Positions 1-7,741 of a stretch of DNA of 23,703 bases are shown in pieces (the stretch's first letter is position 1; every line of letters begins with the position of its first letter). Location of the stretch: contig BTVY01000069.1 of assembly GCA_045863335.1 (NCBI GenBank), forward strand, positions 1-23,703. The letters run 5' to 3'. Below the pieces are notes generated by a model. That model saw nothing but the letters and a program-made list of their open reading frames with translations. It was not told where the DNA came from and made no database searches. The translations under genes were made by a program, and so were the position numbers. This DNA comes from Candidatus Hydrogenedentota bacterium. GTDB taxonomy: Bacteria; Hydrogenedentota; Hydrogenedentia; Hydrogenedentales; SLHB01.

Positions 1-16
1 GCCAACGGTCTCCGTC

Positions 17-45
17 TTGTGCGCGGGTCCATCGAACGGTACAAT
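17..45 (+). promoter_or_regulatory. Putative sigma70 promoter for the J-like protein operon
   Basis: TTGTGC (17-22), 17-nt spacer, TACAAT (40-45). Its position supports the GTG start at 88 over the ORF-track start at 19. Confidence 0.5.
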
Positions 46-87
46 ACTTCTCTTGCGCAACCCAATCTCAGGAAAGGATGCGATATC

Positions 88-678
88 GTGGCACCCGATG
101 ACAGCGGGTATGTGAATTACTTCGAGATTCTCGATTTGGACGAAAGCGCCAAGCCGGGCGAGGTTCGGAAGTCGTACCGGCAGAAGATGAAGAATCTGGT
201 AAATGAGATCGCCGCGGTGGAAATCACCGAGGAGCGCCGCGCCCATTATCTTCTGGAAATGGCGAAACTGAACGCGGCGTTGTTTGTTCTGCGGGAAACG
301 GAATCGCGGGACGAGTACTGGCACGCCCGCCAGGATCTCATCGATCTTGAGCAGAATTGGAAAGCCGCCGCCGACTCGGGCGATCCGATCGAGTCCGACC
401 GCTTTCGTAAAGCCTACGATGGTAAGGTCCGCGATTTCCTCGGCAAATATGTGGAGGATTACATGCTCGCGGCGGGCCGCGATAAGGAATGCGTCGAGGC
501 GAGCAATTGGGACCCTGCCCACGAGCGCCACGCGTTCCGGATTCTCCGGCACTACCGGCAACGGCTCTACCGGCAGATTCTGGAACGGCTCCCTTACGCG
601 GAAATCACTCGCCCGGAAATCGACTGGGACGAACGCAAACAGGTGGTAGGCCAGATGCTTGCCCACGGAGGCGTCTAA
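88..678 (+). CDS. DnaJ/J-domain-like protein lacking the HPD motif
   Basis: N-terminal NYFEILDL...EVRKSYRQ...LNAALFVLR...RDEY matches the J-domain helix pattern. SD-like AGGAAAGGA precedes GTG at 88. Confidence 0.7.
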   Translation: MAPDDSGYVNYFEILDLDESAKPGEVRKSYRQKMKNLVNEIAAVEITEERRAHYLLEMAKLNAALFVLRETESRDEYWHARQDLIDLEQNWKAAADSGDPIESDRFRKAYDGKVRDFLGKYVEDYMLAAGRDKECVEASNWDPAHERHAFRILRHYRQRLYRQILERLPYAEITRPEIDWDERKQVVGQMLAHGGV

Positions 679-681
679 GCC

Positions 682-1788
682 ATGGCACGCGGAAAAGCCG
701 CCTCGACCCAGGAAAAGGTCGTCAACCAGGAACTCGCGGCGCAGGCGCTTGCCAAGGCCGTGGCGGATGGCGACATCGTGAACTTCCGCATCCTTTTCTC
801 GCCCTTTTCGCCCATCCGGGTGGACTCCAGCGAACGGCTCGAAGACGAGAAGTACGCCTATCTATTGCCCGATCGCGAGGAAGGCGCGTCGCATGACTTC
901 CGCGACGAATTGGCCCGTGTCAGGCAGGAGGCCACGTGGCGTCACATTCAGCAGGAATTGGACGCGAACCGCCCTGCGCGACTGCCCTGGGAACTGGTGA
1001 TCCGGTTGGGCGACAATGCCGTGCGCCTCGGCAAGTATACGAGCGCGTCGCAGGCCTACGAACTGCTCCGCATCCGCCGCCGCATGCAGGACGAGTTTTT
1101 CGCGCAAGCCGATGCCGCAATGGATGACGGCAATCTTAAGCGCGCCGTGCGCGGTTATATCATCGCGACCGGGCTCGACTACGACTACGCGGCTTTCCCC
1201 GAGCCCTTGCCCATGGTACCTGACTTTCAGCGGAGAGCGCTGATGCTGCATGGCGTCTACCCCGAAAAGGTCGAGGATTCCCTACCCTTGCAGGAGCCGG
1301 AGTTGTTCCTGCGGACAGCGCTATCGTACCTGTTGCTGGACGTCGGAGCGGCAGCCCGTCTCGAGTCGCGGTCCGTACCGCAACGGCTGGCTTTTCTGGC
1401 GGAACTGGTGCGGCAACGCGACCCCGAATGGCGGGAATTTGTCCACCGTTATCGCGAAGCCTGCGACCTGATGCGCGATTTCGAGAAGCGTATCGAACGC
1501 GCGAAGAAGGAGGCCGGAACCAAGACCTCGTTGGCGGAGGAAATCGAAGCGATGCTCGGCGAAGATCCACGGGCCATTCCTGCGAGCCTCCTCGGCCGGA
1601 CGATTGAGAACGGCGAATGGTGGCAGTATCTCAAGGAGTTGGCCTACAAGCATCCAGCATCGGTGCTGTTTCTGTCGCGCCAGATTGTTGGCGAAACGGA
1701 AATCGTGGTGCCGCGCTACCGCAGCGATTCACCCGTGCCGAAGGAGTTGGGTCTGATCGCCGGGGCGCCCGCGTCGGCGCATGCGTAG
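682..1788 (+). CDS. Hypothetical alpha-helical protein with possible TPR-like segments
   Basis: 368-aa ORF 3 nt after the upstream stop, with GGAGG upstream. GDNAVRLGKYTSASQAYELL and AQADAAMDDGNLKRAVRGY resemble TPR helix pairs. Confidence 0.75.
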   Translation: MARGKAASTQEKVVNQELAAQALAKAVADGDIVNFRILFSPFSPIRVDSSERLEDEKYAYLLPDREEGASHDFRDELARVRQEATWRHIQQELDANRPARLPWELVIRLGDNAVRLGKYTSASQAYELLRIRRRMQDEFFAQADAAMDDGNLKRAVRGYIIATGLDYDYAAFPEPLPMVPDFQRRALMLHGVYPEKVEDSLPLQEPELFLRTALSYLLLDVGAAARLESRSVPQRLAFLAELVRQRDPEWREFVHRYREACDLMRDFEKRIERAKKEAGTKTSLAEEIEAMLGEDPRAIPASLLGRTIENGEWWQYLKELAYKHPASVLFLSRQIVGETEIVVPRYRSDSPVPKELGLIAGAPASAHA

Positions 1789-1841
1789 CATGGTCCCGCG
1801 CGGACCACAGTTGAATCCACCCATGAAAGTGTACACGCGCC

Positions 1842-2450
1842 ATGGGTCTCGTCATTGATCTTCATCTCCATACCCGGCGCTACTCCAGGTGCAGCCGTAT
1901 CGACCCGGAGAATCTCGTCGGGCAAGCGGTGCGGGCGGGCATGGACGGCTTGGTGATCACGGAGCACCATCACCAGTGGAACGATGATGAGCTCGCGCAA
2001 CTAGTTGCAGGATCGGGACATCCGGGGTTCCTGCTCCTCGCCGGATTCGAATACACCTCGGCGCAAGGGGATTTGCTGGTCTACGGTCTTGACGCCGAGG
2101 CCGCCAAGGAGTTTCGGCCCGGCTGGCCGCCTGAGCGCGCGGCCCAGATGGTGCTGGAATTGGGCGGAGTGTGTGTGGCCGCCCACCCCACCCGGGCGGG
2201 ACTGGGCTTTGACGAGCGCCTGGAAACCTTGCCGCTCGCGGCCATGGAGGTCGCCAGCGTGAATCTGAAGGAACATGAACAGCGGCTCGCACGTTCTCTT
2301 TCCGAGACGCTGAAGCTCCCCGCAACGGCGAGCAGTGACGCTCACGATCTCCGCGATGTCGGAAGATATGCTACGGTATTCGAGGATTTAATACTTAGCT
2401 CGGCAGATTTGCAACGCGCCCTCCGAAATGGTAGATTTCAAGTGGCATAG
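1842..2450 (+). CDS. PHP-domain metal-dependent phosphoesterase
   Basis: PHP motifs DLHLHT, ITEH, GFE, AHP and SSDAH. Confidence 0.9.
   Translation: MGLVIDLHLHTRRYSRCSRIDPENLVGQAVRAGMDGLVITEHHHQWNDDELAQLVAGSGHPGFLLLAGFEYTSAQGDLLVYGLDAEAAKEFRPGWPPERAAQMVLELGGVCVAAHPTRAGLGFDERLETLPLAAMEVASVNLKEHEQRLARSLSETLKLPATASSDAHDLRDVGRYATVFEDLILSSADLQRALRNGRFQVA
2409..2437 (+). promoter_or_regulatory. Putative internal sigma70 promoter for lepB-lpxH
   Basis: TTGCAA (2409-2414), 17 nt, TAGATT (2432-2437) with an upstream TG; lies in the 3' end of the PHP gene. Confidence 0.45.
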
Positions 2451-2471
2451 CGCGCTGAGAGGAAACTACAG

Positions 2472-3110
2472 GTGGTGACTAATACCCCGCAGGCGTCAAC
2501 GGGAGCCAACGACGCCGCGCAAAACATTCGCCGCGAAGTCTTTGAGTTCGTGCGAATGGTCGTGCTTTTTCTCGTCTTGTTCCTGGTGCTCAAGACCTTC
2601 GTCATCGAAGGTTATGAAGTGCAAGGTCCCTCCATGGAACCCACCCTGCACAACAGCGAGCGCATCCTGGTCTTTAAACTTCCTCATGCCCTTGGGTTCG
2701 ACAGCATCGAACCCGGCGACATTGTCGTGTTTGACAGTACGGACGACGCCAACAAGCGCTACGTGAAGCGTGTAGTCGCCGAAGGGCCGCGTCCCGAGGG
2801 GGGGAATACGGTTTCGGCCGTGGGCGAAGGATCGTACGGTCCCCGCGACGTTTCGGTGAGTCTGGAACGGGGACGGCTCTTCGTGGACCACCATCTGGTT
2901 GAGGAACCCTATCTTCCTGAGGAAATCCGCGATACCTTCGACGCCTCGGACCCGGAACGGGAGCTGGGGGCAGGCCAGTACTATGTGCTCGGCGACAACC
3001 GTAACGTGAGCAAGGACAGCCGCAGTTTCGGGCCGGTGAACGACGACGTGGTTATCGGTAAAGCCGTCTTGCGCTTCTGGCCCCTGAGCAAGTTCAGTAT
3101 CCTTCGATGA
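2472..3110 (+). CDS. lepB: Signal peptidase I
   Basis: N-terminal TM segment, catalytic Ser box GPSMEPTL, YVKRV Lys box, and GDNR..SKDSR.FG box. Confidence 0.95.
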   Translation: MVTNTPQASTGANDAAQNIRREVFEFVRMVVLFLVLFLVLKTFVIEGYEVQGPSMEPTLHNSERILVFKLPHALGFDSIEPGDIVVFDSTDDANKRYVKRVVAEGPRPEGGNTVSAVGEGSYGPRDVSVSLERGRLFVDHHLVEEPYLPEEIRDTFDASDPERELGAGQYYVLGDNRNVSKDSRSFGPVNDDVVIGKAVLRFWPLSKFSILR

Positions 3111-3886
3111 ACACGGTCATCTTCTCGGACGTCCACCTCAACGTGGCGGCGGACGGTCGCGAGCGCATGGCCGAATTCGTGCGATTCCTCCGCTCCATCG
3201 ATCCTACCGAAACCGGGCGCGTCGTTATTCTGGGCGATCTCTTCGATTTCTGGTTCGAGTACCGGCACGTCATCTTCAGCGGATACTTCGATGTGCTGCG
3301 CGCCTTTGCGGACTTGCGCGACGGGGGCGTGCGCTTTGATTTCGTGTGCGGCAACCACGACTTCTGGGCGGGGCGCTTCCTGCGCGATCACCTGGATTTC
3401 CAGATCCACGAAAACCGGTTCCTGCTGGATCTCGGCGGGAGACGTGTGCTCTTCGTCCATGGCGATGGCATTAACCCGGAAGACGTGAGCTATCGCATCT
3501 ACAAGCGCATCGCCCGGTTCCCCCTGGTGGTTGCCTTGTTCCGCTTCATTCATCCCGATTGGGCCATGGCCATCGCCCAGGGCGTTTCGCGCGGCAGCCG
3601 TCATCTCAAGGCGGTAGACGACCCCAGCCAGGGTCCGGAGGTGAAGCCCCTCCAGAACTTCGCGCGGCGGGCACTGGAAGGGGGAGAAGCGGACGTGGTG
3701 ATGTGCGGGCATTCGCACTACCCGGTGATCGAGGAACATCCGGTGCCCGATGGGGCGGGGCTGTACATCAATACCGGCGACTGGCTGGCTCACCAGACCT
3801 ACGTGGAATGGGACGGATCGGACTTCCGGATGCGGTCATTCGACGGCGAATCCGCCTGCAAACCAGTAGCCACCGAGGGCGCATAG
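3107..3886 (+). CDS. lpxH: UDP-2,3-diacylglucosamine diphosphatase (calcineurin-like metallophosphoesterase)
   Basis: SDVHL, LGDLFDFW, GNHDF, HGD, GHSH and NTGDW motifs; ATGA overlap with lepB. Confidence 0.85.
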   Translation: MNTVIFSDVHLNVAADGRERMAEFVRFLRSIDPTETGRVVILGDLFDFWFEYRHVIFSGYFDVLRAFADLRDGGVRFDFVCGNHDFWAGRFLRDHLDFQIHENRFLLDLGGRRVLFVHGDGINPEDVSYRIYKRIARFPLVVALFRFIHPDWAMAIAQGVSRGSRHLKAVDDPSQGPEVKPLQNFARRALEGGEADVVMCGHSHYPVIEEHPVPDGAGLYINTGDWLAHQTYVEWDGSDFRMRSFDGESACKPVATEGA

Positions 3887-4759
3887 CGCGCCATACAGGA
3901 TCGCCAGCAGGAAAATCAGGATGCCCGCGCCGCGCTTGCGCGTGAAGGCGAGCACGTTGCGCCGGATGATCGTGCCCAGACTCGGGCTGATATCCGCCAC
4001 GATGACCGTGATGTTGTCTTTGCCGCCGTTGTCATTGGCCATGTTGATGAGGCGGCCCACAATCTCCGCGGGGGCGGCGTTGCGGCGGAATTCCTGGATG
4101 ATCTCGGCGTCCTTGCACATGTTGACCAGCCCGTCCGTGCACAGGAGCAACATGTCGCCGGGCACGATGTGCCAGATGTAGGTGTCGATATCCACCTGGG
4201 GATGAGTGCCGATGCTGCGGGTAACGATGTGGCGGCGGTTGTCCGATTCCGCTTCGGCCTTCGTCATCATGCCGAACTTGACCTGTTCGTCCACCCAGGA
4301 ATGGTCTTCGGTCTTGGCGATAATCTCGCCGTCCCGAATGTGGTAGCAGCGCGAATCGCCCACGTTGCCGATGTAGACTTTCCGCGGCGTGACCACCGCG
4401 CTCAACAGCGTCGTACCCATGGGGCGGCCCTTGGTCACGAGATCCGTGTTCGTCCTGTGGACGTTGTCGTTCGCCAGTTTGATCGCTTCGCGAATGACGG
4501 GAATGAACCCCTCATCCTCATCCGGATCCGCCGGGGGAGGTGGGGGCGCTTGTTTCAGCATGTCTTTGGCAATGGATACGGCGAGCTTGCTGGCAATCTC
4601 GCCGCCCATGTGCCCGCCCAAGCCGTCGGCGACACAGAGCAAGGCGCCTTCACGGAAAAGCTGCAGACCGGCCGTGTCGTCGCGGAAGACCCCGTAGTAG
4701 TCTTCGTTGTTTCTCTTGCGCCGCCCAATATCCGTCTGCGCCGCTATGTCAATACGCAT
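3836..4759 (-). CDS. PP2C/PPM-family Ser/Thr protein phosphatase (PrpC/Stp1-like) with a C-terminal TM anchor
   Basis: GRRKRNNED, VADGLGGH, MGTT, NVGDSRCY, LLCTDGL and GGKDNIT motifs; hydrophobic C-terminus; AGGAGG before ATG at 4759. Confidence 0.93.
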   Translation of the reverse strand: MRIDIAAQTDIGRRKRNNEDYYGVFRDDTAGLQLFREGALLCVADGLGGHMGGEIASKLAVSIAKDMLKQAPPPPPADPDEDEGFIPVIREAIKLANDNVHRTNTDLVTKGRPMGTTLLSAVVTPRKVYIGNVGDSRCYHIRDGEIIAKTEDHSWVDEQVKFGMMTKAEAESDNRRHIVTRSIGTHPQVDIDTYIWHIVPGDMLLLCTDGLVNMCKDAEIIQEFRRNAAPAEIVGRLINMANDNGGKDNITVIVADISPSLGTIIRRNVLAFTRKRGAGILIFLLAILYGALCALGGYWFAGGFAVE

Positions 4760-4787
4760 GCAGAACTGCCTCCTGCTGACTCGGGGA

Positions 4788-4817
4788 ACAGTAGCAAACA
4801 CCGTCCGACGCAGGCAA
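4788..4817 (-). promoter_or_regulatory. Possible sigma70 promoter for the PP2C gene
   Basis: Minus strand: TTGCCT, 18 nt, TACTGT with an upstream TG. Confidence 0.35.
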
Positions 4818-4876
4818 CCTTTTCCGGACATAACACTGGGGCCGCGCCGGATTGTTTCCCCTTGACACTAAACGGG

Positions 4877-4905
4877 TTGACAGGCTTCGGCCAAGCGACT
4901 AGAAT
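4877..4905 (+). promoter_or_regulatory. Near-consensus sigma70 promoter for the DnaA-like/coiled-coil gene
   Basis: TTGACA (4877-4882), 17 nt, TAGAAT (4900-4905). Confidence 0.7.
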
Positions 4906-4946
4906 CGCCCTTGGTTGACAAGCCGCCTGCGGGGAGCATTTTTCGT

Positions 4947-7664
4947 ATGAAAAGGTTCAACTTCGGCTCATTTCTGGTAGACGAGTCGAACGACCACGCC
5001 TTTCAGCTTTGCCGCGACGTGGCGGACCTCAAACCCGTCAGTCCCGTGCCAGTCGTCCTCCTCGGCGACGAGGGCTGCGGCAAGACGCATCTCCTCTATT
5101 CCATCGTAAATCGCGTGCGCGCGGGATCTTCCAAAACCGGGCTCGCATACGTGACGGCCTATGACTTCCCCGACCAGGTGCGCGCGCTCATCGACGATCC
5201 GTCTCCCGTAGAGCGTGCCCAGTCGGCCATCTTGCTTGTCGATCAGTTCGAGCGGTTTCGCGATCTCGTCGAAGAACTCGAAGCCGTGGTCCGGATATTT
5301 CTGGACAACAATCACTACGTCGTCATCGCCACGAGCGTGCATCCGGGCCGGCTGCATCACCTCAGCGAGAGTTTCAAGGCCCTGCTCGATTCCGGCCAGT
5401 TGGCGCAGATTGTGCCCAAGGGTACGGAAACCCAGATCGACCGGATCAAACGCCAGCTTCGCGAAGAAAGCGAATCGCAGCTTCAGAAGAAGCAGGAAGA
5501 GATCGAAGAGTTGCGCGCGCTCCTGAGCCGCGTCGGAAAAGACCTCGATCGCGACACCACGGCGACCATCAATGGGCTGCGCGAGGAACTCGACGCGGAA
5601 CGGATCGCGAAGGCCGAGGTCGTCAACAAGTTTGAGGTCGCGCGGGACCTCGCGGCGAGCGTGCAGGACGAGCTGGCCGCGGCCCGCGACGAAATTTCCG
5701 CAGCGCGCAAGCGCGCCGAAGAAGCCGAAGCGAAAGCGCGCGCCGCGGTCGAACAGGACCTGAACGAAACGCGGCAGCAGCTTACCATCGCGCAGGCAGG
5801 CGCCGCCGAGCGGGATCGCGAAATCGAGCGGCTCAAATCGGAGCTGGCGCAGTCTGAATCGTTGAAGGCGGCCATCGCGTCGCTCGAACAGGACCTGACG
5901 GAAGCCAGGGCGGAAGCGTCGGAGAACCTGGAAGCCGCTCGCGGACTGCACGAGAAATACGAAACCGTCCAGGAGCAGGTGTCGAGCGAAGCGGAGACGG
6001 CTGCGTCGTTGCGGACCCGTTTGGAAGCCTTAGAGGCGCAACTTGCGGAACGCACCGAAGCGGAATCGGCCCTCCAAACCGAACTCGAAACAGTCAAGTC
6101 GGAATCGGCGCAACGCGCGGCGGAGCTGGATTCGGCGCGGCAAGAGATCGCCGATCTCAGGGCAACGTCCGAAGGCATTTCCCAGTCGGAACAGGAAATT
6201 CGCGACGAATTGAATCGTCTCCGCACGGAACTCAGCGCGGAACAGGGCAAAGCGCGCGAGTTGCAGGAGCGTTTCGAGCGGGCGGAATCAGAGGCCGGGT
6301 CGCATGCCTCGGCGGCGGGCGACCTGCGCGCACAGTTGGAGTCAGCGCGAACGGAACTCAACACGCAAATCGATACCTTGCGCCGCGAAAAGTCCGTCGC
6401 CGAAGCGGAGCGCGACGAGGTCGTCCAGCGGGCGGAAGGTTTGCTGGAACAAATCGGCGGCCTTCGCGCGGAGTACCGCGCGGTCGAGCATGAACAGCAA
6501 TCACGCGTCGCTGCGTTGGAAGCGGCCATCGAAGCCCAGGCCGCGCAGGCCATCGACCGGGAGGAAGTGGTCCGCCTTCAAGCCCTCGCGGAACAGGCGG
6601 GCGCGGAGTTGGATGCCCTGCGCCAGGCGTCGGCCGCGGAAGCGGAGGAGTTGCGGCAACAGGCCGCGGACTTGCGTGAGAAACTGCAACGCGCGGAGCA
6701 GGAACGCGCCACGTTGGCGTCGGAAAAAGACGGCGCGTTGCGGGATGCCGAGGAATTGCGCAACGCTTTCGAAGCGGCCAAGAGCGACGCGGAACGGGAG
6801 ATCGCGGAACTGCGCGGCGTGCTCGATCAGACGGCCAACGCGCAGGAAACGCTCAACGCGCAACTGCGGGAAATCGGCGCGGAACGCGACCGCTTGCAGG
6901 AGCGGGTCGCCACCTTGGAAGAGGACCGCGATCAATTCGACATGGTCCGGCAGGAACTCATTCGCGAACGGGAAGCGGTCCAGACGCAACTCGACGAAAC
7001 GCACGGCACGCTCGATCGGGTGCAGCAAGAGTTCGCGTTGGAACGCGACCAGTGGCAATCCCGCGTCGACGAGGCCCAGCGCGAGGTCGATGCCGCGCGC
7101 ACTGAATTGGCCGGTGCGAACGACGCGATGCAGGCGCGTATCTCCGATCTCGAATCCGCGTTGCAGGCGAAGGATGGCGAACTCGCGTCCTTACGAAACG
7201 AAATCGAGTCGCGCACCGGCGAGTTGGCATCCTCTCTCGAAGCAAAGGAAGCGGAACTTGCCCGCGTCCGCGCCGAGGTCGAAGGACGTGCCGGCGAACT
7301 GAGCGAAGCCCTTCGCGCGAAAGAGGAGGAATTGGCCGCGGCCCGCCGCGATGCTGAGACACAGATCGCGGAAGCCACCGCGCGCGCCGACCGCCTCGAA
7401 GCGGACATGGCCGAGATGCGCCGCGCCTCGGATACCATGCGCCGCGCCAGCAGCGACGCCGGGCAACGCCTCGAAGGCGCCGCTCGCAGCCTCGCCGACA
7501 TCGCCACGGGCCTGGTCGCCGCGCTCCAAAGCGTCAACCCCAACACCGATGACGACTCCGGCGACGCCGCCATGCGCTCCGCCCACGACGCCGTCACCGG
7601 CGCCCTCGAAAAACTCCGCCCCCTCGAAGACCTCGAAACCTTCGAAGAAGACCACTCGATCTGA
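4947..7664 (+). CDS. DnaA/Hda-type AAA+ domain fused to a very long coiled coil (not a canonical DnaA)
   Basis: FNFGSFLVDESNDHAF and VVLLGDEGCGKTHLLYSI match the DnaA domain III start and Walker A. The remainder is E/A/R/L/Q-rich heptad sequence. GGGGAG precedes ATG at 4947. Confidence 0.85.
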   Translation: MKRFNFGSFLVDESNDHAFQLCRDVADLKPVSPVPVVLLGDEGCGKTHLLYSIVNRVRAGSSKTGLAYVTAYDFPDQVRALIDDPSPVERAQSAILLVDQFERFRDLVEELEAVVRIFLDNNHYVVIATSVHPGRLHHLSESFKALLDSGQLAQIVPKGTETQIDRIKRQLREESESQLQKKQEEIEELRALLSRVGKDLDRDTTATINGLREELDAERIAKAEVVNKFEVARDLAASVQDELAAARDEISAARKRAEEAEAKARAAVEQDLNETRQQLTIAQAGAAERDREIERLKSELAQSESLKAAIASLEQDLTEARAEASENLEAARGLHEKYETVQEQVSSEAETAASLRTRLEALEAQLAERTEAESALQTELETVKSESAQRAAELDSARQEIADLRATSEGISQSEQEIRDELNRLRTELSAEQGKARELQERFERAESEAGSHASAAGDLRAQLESARTELNTQIDTLRREKSVAEAERDEVVQRAEGLLEQIGGLRAEYRAVEHEQQSRVAALEAAIEAQAAQAIDREEVVRLQALAEQAGAELDALRQASAAEAEELRQQAADLREKLQRAEQERATLASEKDGALRDAEELRNAFEAAKSDAEREIAELRGVLDQTANAQETLNAQLREIGAERDRLQERVATLEEDRDQFDMVRQELIREREAVQTQLDETHGTLDRVQQEFALERDQWQSRVDEAQREVDAARTELAGANDAMQARISDLESALQAKDGELASLRNEIESRTGELASSLEAKEAELARVRAEVEGRAGELSEALRAKEEELAAARRDAETQIAEATARADRLEADMAEMRRASDTMRRASSDAGQRLEGAARSLADIATGLVAALQSVNPNTDDDSGDAAMRSAHDAVTGALEKLRPLEDLETFEEDHSI

Positions 7665-7741
7665 GAGACAGCAGGGACACCTCCGTAAGACGGGAATGAT
7701 TCCCCCCCGTGCTACTCTTGCTTCCGTATTTCCTATCCGTC

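Noticed and set aside
19-87. N-terminal extension of the J-like ORF from GTG at 19
   Set aside because: It overlaps a promoter-like sequence; the SD and domain start favour 88.
4947-7664. Calling this gene dnaA or smc, or the region oriC
   Set aside because: No domain I or IV, no dnaN neighbour, no DnaA-box cluster seen, and no SMC hinge or C-terminal ABC signature.
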